DNA of 64,000 bases from Oikopleura dioica (Eukaryota; Animalia; Chordata): contig OU015569.1 of assembly GCA_907165135.1 (NCBI GenBank), positions 5,952,001 through 6,016,000 of the forward strand, in the 5' to 3' direction. Made by a program: the position numbers and the translations under genes. Below the pieces are notes generated by a model. The model was not told the DNA's origin. It made no database searches and saw only the letters and a list, made by a program, of their open reading frames with translations. Each line of letters opens with the position of its first letter. Within the stretch, counting starts at the first letter, position 1. Below, piece after piece: positions 1-11,778 of the stretch.

Positions 1-1034
1 TAACGCGCTTCCTGCTGAGACGCCGCAAGCCCAAAAACATGGAACGTCGCCATCTTTCGCGAAAACAGAATCTCCATAGTCTGGTTCCTCAATATTAGAA
101 ATGCCAATTGCTTTTGGCGAGCCTATCCAAATCGGGGCGCCATGGGACTCTGGAATGGGCGAGGTGCAAGAGGCAGCAAGGGCGAGTTTTTCTTTTGGAA
201 TGTATCGCATGGAAACAACCATTGGACCTCCGAATGGACCGCAGGGAGTCATTTCTACATTTGTCCGGTACATGGAAACATTACGCTTTTGTTCGACGTT
301 ACGCACTAGAAATTCTTTGAAAAAAAGATCGATCGGGTTTCATTTTACCTGGGACGCCATTTCGCTGGAGGGCATATTCAAATCCAAATGAACAGCCGAG
401 AAAAAATGGTCGTAGATTTTCATATCTCGCGGGAGGGAGCAGGTACTTTTGGACGGCGCCACGGGAACCATCCGTATACACTTCATAGCCTGGAACATCT
501 GTTCTTGCGTCACAAAAATCCGAAGTAAGGGGCTCTGCGTTGAAATCGCCCTTTTCTTTCGACTTGTGGAGAAGAGGAAGAGGCCCGGGATTGTTTTCGC
601 AGAACTCGACGAAATCATTGAAATGCTCGTCCGGGATGAAAGCCAAATTGGCCTGCTGATAGCCAGGGCAGAGGCCAGAAGTTGGTTTGAATTTGAACTG
701 ACCGCATCGAACTGCTTGCCGCAGATCTAATATTTTTATAAGATAACATTTTCATGGGGGTCTATTAAAAAATCGCATAACTAAAATTGATACCTGACGG
801 AGTCTCGAATGACATTCCAGGTCCTGCCTCTGGTTTGAGCCCTACGTCATCGTTTTCTGCTTGCTCTTCGTCCACCCGTTTGAATTTCTCGTCTTTGTTT
901 ACTTTTCTTACCTTGATCGTCATGTCCTCCATATCAACGTACTGCTCTGAGAAGCGGCTTTTCCTCGAAAAATTCGATGAAATTTTCAGCTCTCGAGTTC
1001 CCAAACGCGGGAAACGCCTCATAAAGCTCAACAT
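1..1034 (-). CDS. DGLUCY: D-glutamate cyclase (DUF1445 family), spliced, 3' end runs off the window
   Basis: Spliced frame TPS|DLRQAVRCG...TSGLCPGYQQANLAFIP...FCENNPGPLPLL...FFLGCSFGFEYAL...NVSMYRTN...CGPFGGPMVVSMR...HGAPIWIG...PDYGD...VPCFWACGV matches DUF1445 motifs. The Arg-rich N-terminus (MLSFMRRFPRLG) resembles a mitochondrial transit peptide. Start is uncertain (1034 or 815). Confidence 0.88.
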
Positions 1035-1139
1035 CAAACAAGCTTGATGGGAGGGGCTCTCTGAAAAACAAAACTCGGAATCCACAAAACAATCCGCTAA
1101 ATTTCAAAAAGAAAAAAAAGCATCGCAAATAGTGAAAAT

Positions 1140-1506
1140 AGCCGTTCCTTCATCGTCGGCCAAGCGGATTTCTTGTTGGCTGTTTTGGAACTCGCTCTGG
1201 TCGGAAACGTAGAGGTCTGTGGTTGGCTTACAAAACAATTCTAGCGAGAGAGAATTGTCGAAAAATTTTAGTTCAGAAAATATACTTTTTTATCAAAATA
1301 TCATCTGTGTATTAATTGAAAATCACGGTATATATAATACGGTATTGATTGACTCCAAATTTGATAAAGTGATCATCAATGAATGATGTGAATCTAAGCC
1401 TTTCTTTTTCGGTACTTTCTCTCTCCTTCAAGGTCTGTGCGATTTGCGCCTTGAGTTCCTCCACAGTCGGCGCGTTCTCATCCTCAATTTCTTCGATAAA
1501 AACCAT
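1140..1506 (-). CDS. Short hypothetical spliced ORF upstream of DGLUCY
   Basis: ORF MVFIEEIEDENAPTVEELKAQIAQ... with an acceptor at ~1243. Family not recognised; may be a separate gene or a 5' exon of DGLUCY. Confidence 0.35.
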
Positions 1507-1752
1507 TTTTCTTTGCCTGGTGTTTTTCGGGTGTTCAAAAAAGTTTGAAATTTTCCCGCTTTTCTAGGATGGGACGGTAGGAGTTAACACCCATGCCGCA
1601 GCTGATAAAAATTGCATAATGGCCAATCAAGCGTCACTGGGACAGTCAGTACTCACACAGCGGGAAGTGTACAGTCCCTTGCGCCGACAAGCTTTCCAGT
1701 GAGTCATTCCGGGCGCTGCCATTCCTATCGCTTCGATGGAGATTTTTCTTTA

Positions 1753-2172
1753 GGACGATAAAAATATATTTCTTGAGAAATTACAAAATAGCGTGTTTTG
1801 ACCCTTCTTGTTTCAAGCTTTTCGAGTACTATCAGTGCTCAACTATGCTTCATAATATACCAATAGAAAGCTTAGAGCCTCTTCTAGGGGGATTTGAATT
1901 CAAAAAGAGAAATAACGGACCCGAAAAATTATTTTGATACAACTTAGGTACTTAACTTTGACGGTGATTAAAGGGTACTTCCGGCTTCATTTGTTAGTTA
2001 CACAATTTATTTTCTTCTGTTTTCTATTCAAATCCCCCAACAAGAAGCTACAAGCTTTCTTTTGATATATTATGAAGCATAGTTGAGCACTGATAGTACT
2101 CGAAAAGCTTGAAACAAGAAGGGTCAAAACACGCTATTTTGTAATTTCTCAGAAAATATATTTTTATCGTCC
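1753..2172. mobile_element. MITE, PIF/Harbinger(Tourist)-like
   Basis: ~120-bp near-perfect inverted arms (GGACGATAAAAATATA... / ...TATATTTTTATCGTCC) flanked by TTA on both sides (1750-1752, 2173-2175). Confidence 0.85.
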
Positions 2173-2296
2173 TTAGACCGGGGTTCTCGGCTGAGGCAGG
2201 CTGATTGGACGAGCTCGGTTTGAGTTTTTCGAGAAGTCGAAAAAACATCGCTAATTTTTAGTCAGTCGCAGACATCACAAATTTTGGAATTTGAAG

Positions 2297-3208
2297 ATGA
2301 ATGTCAAGATGATCAGCGAGAAATACTGTTCTACTGAGGACTCGAAAAGATACTCTTGTAAGAACAAGAGCGACAAAGAGAGAGAGGGCAGAGCCTGTCA
2401 AATGTTTGATGAAGGTGTCTTTATAAAATAAATTTTCGATATTTAGGTTCACGGAAACTATGTACGGCAAAGAAAGGGAGCCGATCTGTTTTGTGTGCGC
2501 TTCAATATTCGACAAGAAACTGCTTGAAAGGGGACGCCACTCATTCGTACCTCCTGTAAAATTCAAATGCGCTGGTCGTGATTGCGAAAAGGAACTTACC
2601 TTCCGCCAGCTCGTCGACGGACAGTGCTGCCCTGAGACTGCGTTTGTTTTGTCTTTAGGTACCCAGTCTATGAATTCCTCTCTAATATCCTCTCAAAGAA
2701 AGCTCTGCACACGTGAACACCTTATTCCAATGCTTGAAGAATCAAGCCGACAAGTGCAAAAAAGATGTTCATCGGGCGCGATCCACCTTTGGTCGCACAA
2801 AAAAAGTCCTGGAAGAAGCAATACAGGCTCATGAAAAGTCCACACAAAAATTCGAGAAGGCTGAAGCAGCGTTCAAGACAAAGCAGCAACAAGAAAAAGA
2901 ATTATTTTCACTCATTTCCAATAGAAACAGAGGTATTTTAAGTCTTAAATTCAGAATAAGAAGTGGAAATTAGTCTAACATGCCATTTTTCAGCGATCAA
3001 ACTGAGTGCAGCGTCCGAGAACGAGCAAAAGCCCGGATGCCAAGTCTGCATGGAAAACTACAACAACGACGAACGATTTGAATGTGCTCTTCCGTGTGGC
3101 CATCGATCTTGCATGAAGTGCTTGACACATTTGTCAATCACTTGCCGATCACTATGCCCTACTTGCCAACAGCCATTCTCAAAGGATCAGATCATCAAGC
3201 TCTACTGA
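2297..3208 (+). CDS. C-terminal RING-finger protein with N-terminal Cys-rich region and central coiled coil
   Basis: Last exon CQVC...PCGHRSCMKC...CPTCQQPF is a C3HC4 RING. Upstream exons read ICFVC...FKCAGRDC...CC and a helical segment. Start approximate. Confidence 0.75.
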
Positions 3209-3323
3209 ATACAACATCACTTGTCACAAATCACTGTCACTGCGACTTCCCAAGAAAAAATCAATAAAAGCGTAATCATTACCTCTTTCAACTCTTTTGG
3301 CACATTGATATATTCTGCATTCA

Positions 3324-4902
3324 TAGGGCTTCCGTATAAAAAAACAAAATTTTAACTGGGCTGACCGAATTGTTTGAAACTCGGGGAGGGAATGTATTTT
3401 TCAGTGGAGAAAAATTTTCATCATAAAAAAAAAATTTTTATCCACGCACGTGATTGTTAAAATGAGAAAACTGATTTTCTCGTCTCGTCCCTTGTCGATT
3501 TTTTTCATTTTTAGATATGTGAAAGGGCATAGTCAAAAACCTAGATTTCTTAAAAAAAATTTATTGCATATGCAATAAAACATCTAAAATAAGATTTTAT
3601 CTTGATATTAAGATTTTATTGTTTAAAAAAAGTCCTCCGGAGGACTTTTGCTGGAAGAAGCTTTTATGAAGAAGACATTGAAAAATTAAAAATAATTTAA
3701 CAAATCAATCGAAAATAATAATGTATATTTATAAAAACATATCAACTCTACTAAAAACTATCATTCGGGCTGTTACTTCGGGCCGTTTCAGCCCCGTTCC
3801 ATGATTTTTAAATTTAAGGGCTTGACGGCCCTTCGGGCCGTTTCAGCCCCGTTCCATGATTTTTAAATTTAAGGGGCTTGACGGCCCTTCGGGCCGTTTC
3901 AGCCCCGTTCCATGATTTTTAAATTTAAGGGGCTTGACGGCCCTTCGGGCCGTTTCAACCCCGTTCCATGATTTTTAAATTTAAGGGGCTTGACGGCCCT
4001 TCGGGCCGTTTCAGCCCCGTTCCATGATTTTTAAATTTAAGGGCTTGACGGCCCTTCGGGCCGTTTCAGCCCCGTTCCATGATTTTTAAATTTAAGGGGC
4101 TTGACGGCCCTTCGGGCCGTTTCAGCCCCGTTCCATGATTTTTAAATTTAAGGGCTTGACGGCCCTTCGGGCCGTTTCAGCCCCGTTCCATGATTTTTAA
4201 ATTTAAGGGCTTGACGGCCCTTCGGGCCGTTTCAACCCCGTTCCATGATTTTTAAATTTAAGGGGCTTGACGGCCCTTCGGGCCGTTTCAGCCCCGTTCC
4301 ATGATTTTTAAATTTAAGGGCTTGACGGCCCTTCGGGCCGTTTCAGCCCCGTTCCATGATTTTTAAATTTAAGGGGCTTGACAAAGGCCTGGAACTCCGA
4401 GTTGATCAATCTCAGTTATGTCCCCAACCCCACCCACACCCATGATTATTAAAATTCAATTTGTCCTTGTTTATTTGCAAATTATGGTTTTTCCGTTAAA
4501 TATTGAAATATTATATATTTTTGAAAAATTTAATTCTATGTCTTCTTCTAAAAAGTTTCTTCCAGCAAAAGTCCTCCGGAGGACTTTTTAACAATAACAA
4601 AGTTAATTTTTTACTAAAAATTACTATTTCTGATGATATAAATGGCCAGTCAAAATTTTTTTTATGAAATATTATGTTTTTGATGTTTCTCTATAACATA
4701 TCAAAAAATAAAAAAAATCCACAAGTGACAACGCACAAATGAAAAATCACCATTTTTATTTATATAATTTTGATATAAAACATTATTTTCTTTTAATTCT
4801 TTTGCCCCTAAAAACTTTTTCTTATATTGATTTATCCCTCCCATAATTATTTAAGGAAACAATGAACGGAATCAGAAACAATTTTTTTATACGGAAGCCC
4901 TA
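3324..4902. mobile_element. Non-autonomous hAT-like DNA transposon (1579 bp)
   Basis: TIR TAGGGCTTCCGTATAAAAAAA / TTTTTTTATACGGAAGCCCTA, perfect 8-bp TSD TGCATTCA (3316-3323, 4903-4910), AT-rich body, no transposase ORF. Confidence 0.92.
3776..4382. repeat. Tandem array, 11 copies of a 55-56 bp hairpin-containing unit
   Basis: Unit CTTCGGGCCGTTTCAGCCCCGTTCCATGATTTTTAAATTTAAGGG(G)CTTGACGGCC. Copies differ only in G-run length and one G>A change. Confidence 0.97.
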
Positions 4903-5809
4903 TGCATTCAACAGAGGGCGAACGCCAAATGCGATCATATATTAATATATAACTATATGGGGGAGATCAATATGTCACCAGTCTTCGGACATATTCGCGC
5001 TTCGAAAAGCGCGATCAAGCAGAAGAGACAATGACTTGCAACATGACAATGACAGATAATAAGTATAAGAGAAAGCGCAGTATGGTCAAGGGCTCATATT
5101 AGAATTAAACATAAACTTTAATCGGCTTCAATCGTAAATATGCGTGATAAGATACGGTCGTTTCTGAAATCGTCCCTCAACAAGGTAAAATACGGAAGTT
5201 TTTCATATTAAAAACCTGTTCATAGATGCATTTCTACGTAAACTCGGAACTCCGGTAAAGGATGAAATGCAAATGATTTATGCTAATAACTTTTATGTTA
5301 TCGAAATGCTGTGCCAAAGGAACTGCTTTCAACCTAAAAGAACATGCCTTTACAAAGAAGAAAGAGTATATTTGACTTCACTCCAAAAGAACGCTTCAAA
5401 ATGCTAAAAGAGGTGCAATTATTTGAATTGACACACAATCGAGTTGCTCCTTAGGTGAATACTGCAGAAAAACAGAGTGGAGTTGGCTCGGGTAACATCG
5501 AAAGCGCCGCGTATCACGATGAGCATGAACTCACAGTGATCTTCTGGGGGCTAGGTACGATAAAACTTTGCATTTTAAAGCAATGTTCTTTTAGTTCTTT
5601 TGCTATTCTGGTCTTTGGAGTGCTACCGTACTCACTTGAAAGCGTGATTCTTCCTTATGTGCTGGCAAACAGCACGGCAAATGCTTCTTGATCAAACCTA
5701 TCAATAAAGTAAAGAAACACAAGAGTCGAGAATCTATTCTTATATATTCATCTTAATTATTCTTTCTGTGCAGTAAACGAATTCGAGAAGAAAAATCATA
5801 AGTTTTTCG

Positions 5810-7770
5810 CAATAAGACCTTCACTTATTTCAGACTCCTCGTTTTCTTCCTTCTCTTCTTCTCTTTTCTCGTCGTCTTCAAGAAGATGGGGCTGCTCAAA
5901 GTGATCGTCGCCTTTAATTTTCAGATATTCGACTAGAGGGCCGATTGATCCACCTGAATTGAACTCAGGACAGTTATCGAAGTTTTTCAGTTACCTTGAA
6001 CAAAGGAAGTAAAAAAGATTATAGCTATACACGTGGTAAGCATTTGATGGATATGAGGCAGGAGGTGAGGTGGAACAACTTTCGTCAACGAGAAAGCAAT
6101 GCCACCGCGCAGACCAGAAAGCGACATCACAAACTGATCGTTGTACGGAATTGGCTTGATCCGAAATTGATTGAGAATCCATGTCAGTCCATAGACTGAC
6201 ATAAAGCGGTACACTGTGACTGCGATAATCGTCACGACAAACAGTCCCGTATTCTTAAAAACGTTTCCTTGTTGTCTCCGAAATTGACTTTTATCTTACC
6301 CAATTGTGCGCAAAGTCGGTCATAAACTCCTGGACACTCGTAAGGCCAAGCATGATGAAGATTATAATTTCCGCAGTGTTCGCCATCATCTTGAGACTAA
6401 AGACGAAATAAAACAATTATCAATAATTTATTACGCGCTGATCAGAGTGCGTTATTCGCAATTGACCACAGACATTGACGAACCTGTATTTAACGACGAC
6501 ATGCGATTCGGCGGACATTTCGCCTTCTGAGCGATCCATCATTACAAAGGCGCAGAAGATTATGCTCAGAATAGCGCTCAAGTCAAGTAACTCGGCAATA
6601 AGATACGCCGTGTAACAATTGATGAAGATGAACATCGGCTCAAGCATTCGAAATTTTTTCGTGGCCTGTATTCAGAACTTTATTGTCTTGCTTTTTAAGA
6701 AACGTTAGATCACCTTGAAGACGAATGAGCCCAAGTATCCGAAAACACAACCCATCAGAGTGCCACCTCCAGCGACAATGGAGAACTTTATCACAGCTCT
6801 CCATAAGTTAACGAAAGTTATCGCGGCATCTCCGATTTCAAGAAAGCTCTCGAAGACTTGATAGAGGACAACTGCGACACCATCGTTTAAAATCGACTCG
6901 CCGAAGACAGAAATATACAGCACCATGTTCACCTTAAAAAGTAGAGAACAGAGAAAACATATATACGGACCGTATAATACGGTAGTTAGTTACCTTAACT
7001 TCTTCGAAAACGGCAATAACTGTGACTGGGTCGACTGCAGACATTATTGATCCAAACAAAAGGCACTCTTTTCAAACGGCTCAGAAAATTAATCTTCCTT
7101 TTTAACTAATCTTTCCCCTGAAAATAAACTCCACAGAAAAGCTCTTTTCAACTAAATGTTTTCGGAGACCGTTTCCTAAAATACCAAGTGGCTTTGACGC
7201 TCCTTCATCAATATCCGGAAATAGTCCCAACAAGTAGCAGCCGTAAATGGTCAACCCAATCGCGAACGCATTAAACAATGTGCCAACAACTGCGTATGTT
7301 AAAATCGTTCCTATATTCTGGAAGAAAGCTTTTTTCGGCATGAAGAATCCGGCATCGAGCATAATGGGAGGGAGAAGAAACGTGAAAAAGCGTTGCGTGG
7401 TGAAGAGATGTTCCGCCAGATGAACCTCATGCACGCAGTAGAACAACTCTCCGGCAATAAGTCTTTACTAAGGGTTGTCGATGCTACGAGGCATATAAGA
7501 AGGCAACATTCAGGTATTCGTCGAGCGTAGTTGTGAGCGTAGTGGAATGATATTTTGGCCAGTAATGCTACTGTTATACAGATGCAGACTTTCATAAGGG
7601 TACCTTCCTTATCTGGATACTTAAATGCTATTCTTAAGAGTGCGTTAGTTTTCCCATTTTCCTAATAGCGGATCTTCCACATCCTCCCATTTTAGTTGAA
7701 CGAGGGGTATCAGTGTCGAATTGATTGCTCTGAGCTCTCTGTTTTTGGTGATTTGGTCAACAAGTCCCAT
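5810..7770 (-). CDS. Na+/H+ exchanger, SLC9A/NHE plasma-membrane type, multi-exon
   Basis: [26 protein letters not shown]...[38 protein letters not shown] and [10 protein letters not shown] are NHE hallmarks. Both ends are approximate; the C-terminal tail probably extends towards ~5200. Confidence 0.92.
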
Positions 7771-9293
7771 GTCTTCTTCGCTTCTGTAGCCTCTAAACAG
7801 CTACTTTCTCTATTTCGTAATTTTGAATATGAAAATCGCGGCGAAATGCCAAAATCACTGTGCACGTCAAAAAGAAAGGAGGGCAGTCGAAGGCAGTTTT
7901 TACGGAGTCAGAGCCGTGAAATCCATGTCTGATCCATCACAAGATTAGCTTTAGTACTCTAAACTTAAGACACCACCGCGATAATGACAATATACGCTTA
8001 CGATGTTACGCTGCCACCTTTTTCAGTATTCAAAATTTTGATCTGGCTTCTGTTTGTTTACGTTTTATTATTTTACGTACTGATAAGCAGTAGAAAAGTA
8101 CCTGTAGCTCATTTTCGTCTCCACTCTCTTGGTTACTTCGGCGAGCAACTTAAATACTTTCCGGTTGAAATCGGAACCAGCAAAGCCGATATATCGCTCG
8201 CTTGAGTGGGCCCGAAATGGCTTCAACCATTGTCGGACTTTTCAAAAATTAAGAAAATCACGCATCAGGGAATCAACCGTGGGATCATCACACCTCTTTT
8301 CGTACTAATTTACGACTATTTTAGTTACCAAGTCCCAAATCATGATTATTTTTTTGCCAAGAAACAATTTTTGGAAATTTCGATATCAAACTTACAGACG
8401 CAAGGAAGGTTTCTTCCTATTCTCGAGCTGTCTTCTCTCTGTCTCTTCCGTCGGTGAGAAAAAAGTGCTTCAATGATCTAATCGGCCAGAAGTAAGTCTG
8501 TTTGAGAGAATTCAAAAATAGTTAAAACGCTTAGAATCTTAGCAAAGGATACGATACATGCTCAAGTCTACTTGCTGATCCTCCAGCTTTTCTTTGCATC
8601 GAATTCATCAGCAAAAAGTTCTTTAGTAATAAAATACTAAAGAGAAATTGTTACTTCTTTTCTCTTCTTTTCCTCTTCTATTCAATCCAAGTTCTCAAAA
8701 TAGATGAACGGCTTTCCAATTTGATTATTCGAACATTGCGGCTGGCGATAAAATTGGAAAATTAATGGTGATAATTAAAAGTATTAGAATATTTTTGATG
8801 ATTGAGCGGAAGAACAAATTGAACCCAATTCAAACTTTTAGCGACGAAAGAATCAAAAAAAGTAAGTCTGATTTTATTAAATCTTAAGAGAGTATATAAA
8901 CAGAATGTTATATACGCTGTTCTTGTGTAAATGATGTAATGCCGCTTGAAAGTGAAAGGTATAATTTACGGTAGGAGCCCGAAATGCATTGTTTTTGTTT
9001 TGGCGTCTCGAGCTGTTCGAAGTAGAGTAAACAAAACCATACAAGTAGAAGCAAGTCGAAATTATTTTCTTGAAGCGCTTCGAAAGACGCTATTCGCATA
9101 ATTCTAAGCGGGGTTTAGCATTTGCGACATTTTGGGCTGCGCGGCGGTGGCGCTCACTCTCGCTCAACGAACGTGCGCCGACCTCTTCAAGCCAATTCTA
9201 TTACTTTATTTTATATAACCACCATTGAACCCTTTTTTAAGTCGAGAGAAAGCTCAGAGAGAGAGTTCCTGAAGAAAAGTGGCAGAGAGGTAG

Positions 9294-11069
9294 ATGAGTA
9301 TATCGGACGATGAAGTGGCGCTCAAAATAGTCGTCGTTGGAAATGGAGGCGTCGGAAAATCTTCGCTTATTCAGGTTTTTATTCTTCGAAATTCATTCTC
9401 CACTTCCCTCTTTTAAGATTTATTTTTTACATTAAAGGAGATAACAGAAGTTAATAGACTCTTTTTTTTCGACCCGAAGTCTGAGTTTCGAAGCTGATAA
9501 GAGGAAACTAAATTCAAATGAATTCAGCACGTGTTAAGGGATTGACGCGATTAGAAGCTAAAACTTGAAATTCTTTTGGCTTTTGCGAAACGCTCCAATT
9601 CAGCCAAACGAAATTAATCGAGCCCGGAGAGAGGGATACTGTCACGCTCCCTTTGCTTTTTAAGAATATCGCTAAGAGGTCAAGCAAGGCCAAACGAGTG
9701 ATAAAAATGTTCAGAGATTTGCGACTGGCCTCTTTACGCAAGAATACAAGAAGACCATTGGAGTCGATTTCCTCCAGCGGAGCCTTTCTTTGGCCGGCAT
9801 TTCTATCAATCTGATGCTTTGGGACACCGCCGGACAAGAAGAGTTCCACTCAGTCACGCGGGCCTATTATAGAGGCGCTCACGGAGCCGTTATTGTCTAC
9901 AGGTGAGCGTTAGCGATAAAGTGACAAGCGAAATGCGCGACGGGCTGAAATTTCAGCTCCTTATCAAAGAACCCATTTATCTGGCTACAGCTGATGTCTG
10001 GATTAAAAAACGTCCTTCTCTGCATGACTCAGGAACGACAGGGGACATTTTTCTTTCGAGTAGAACACCTTAAACGCTCGATTGTCAAGTGAGCTTAATA
10101 AAAGGATCATGACAGATCAGAGGTCTCCGGAAGTGAGCTCTGAGCACACTTGCGCGCTTTGATTGATTTTCTATTTTTTCTCTTTTTCTCGTAAGAACTG
10201 TAGTACGCCTTTAGACTTCGCAGGTGCTAGTTCTAGCACTTGAAAAGCAGACACTTACAAATGATTTCAGTGCGTCGGATCCGGAGAGTTTCGCAAATGT
10301 AGAAGACTGGAAGAAGCGCGTGACAAACGAATGCGGAGAAATACCTATGGACGGGGGATAATTTCAGTTTTGTTTTTTACCTCGCTTGATTGACATACTG
10401 GGGCACGTAAGGGGACCCTTTTCTAAATACTCAGTCAAGTCATGTTACCGGTTGATGTCCGACCAGCTACGTGAAAGGGTTAAGCCAAGGACTTAAGGAG
10501 GAAGCCGTGTAGATCTAGCTCCGGCTGAGAAACGAAAATATCCCTATTCAAGTGCTCGTACATAACAAAGTTGACCTCGATGAGCAGCAAGTTCCCAAAA
10601 CAGCGGGTCAGGTTGGCTTCACCACTATTTCAAATCACTTATACTCTTCTTGTGCATATTCATCTTATAATAGCCTTATGCCATCGATAAGCTCCAAAGC
10701 AACAGGGCTTATGAGAGCGCTGTGGTGAGGCTAGAAAAAGAACGCGGCGGCGCGACTGCGTCTTCCCTTCCAAACGACAAGTGTTCTCAAAGATCAAGGC
10801 GTCACAGAGGTTTTCAAAAGGTTATCCCGCGCCAACCTCGAGCACATTCTTGGTAAATAGATAATCTTTTTCTTATTCATGTTTCTTCCTCTCTAAAGGT
10901 TGAAATTATTTACCCCTAAGCTGAAGCGCTTCTGGTGATATTTAGACGCTCTAAAAATCAATTTTCAGCATCGAAAAAGATTTCCGACTTTCGCGACTTA
11001 AAAACGGAAGACGACGACCGACCTAGGAAGAAAAGAACATTCTGGAGTTGCTTCAGCTGCTTTCGCTAA
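9294..11069 (+). CDS. RAB23: Rab23 small GTPase, ~6 exons
   Basis: MSISDDEVALKIVVVGNGGVGKSSLIQ|RF...YKKTIGVDFL...LMLWDTAGQEEF...YYRGA...VLVHNKVDL...TSV...WSCFSCFR*. VVVGNG, YKKTIGVDFL and GQEEF are Rab23-type. Confidence 0.9.
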
Positions 11070-11778
11070 TCGCTCACGATCAATTAACCCTACTATACTG
11101 CCAACAATCGCTTCAATAATGAAAAATGACATTTTCACCGAATAAACTTAGAAATTTTAAAGCATCAATGTGTTTTGAGTTTAAGCAGAGGCGTATTGCA
11201 ATAAAAGTTTTTAGTAAATAGCTTTATCAGTTATGATTTGACACGGGCAATGTTTTACATTGATAGATTCATTCCAGGGAAATTGCGAGGGAAAGAATCT
11301 CTCCACTTTGAGCAGGATAAATTTTAATGCCAACAAGACGATATATTCAAAGCTATATCCTTGGTGTCTTTTTCTGCCTGTGCTGGCCAAAAGAAGACGC
11401 CTGAGAAGCTACCTTCTCAGCTGGAGTTTGCAGCCAATGTCTTAGTTATCTGTTACATACTACACTGATCGTTATAAAAGATTTAGTATATATTTTTATA
11501 TGCTCTCGATGCAACAGTAAATATATGAATTAGAAAATTCCCGCCATGTGAAAAGCCAGATTACATTTGAAGACAGCGCAAAAATCGCGTCAGTTGCCAC
11601 CTTAGCCAGTGTAAATCTTTGAACCTCCTGGGCTCGGTCTCGTCATATGTTTCCTTGATAAAGCAAGCACGCACGGCCCCTTTTGCGCAAGTCACCCTTT
11701 TCTCATCAGTAGTGGTCATTTGCTCTTCTTGCACTTGAGTCTTTATCATTTTTTTCGTGAATTGAAGAGAGCTCGAAA

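Noticed and set aside
3776-4382. CRISPR array
   Set aside because: Units are identical end to end with no unique spacers, no cas genes are present, and the context is eukaryotic.
11190-11760. Small Cys-containing minus-strand gene
   Set aside because: No stop-free exon chain could be built, so it is left unannotated.
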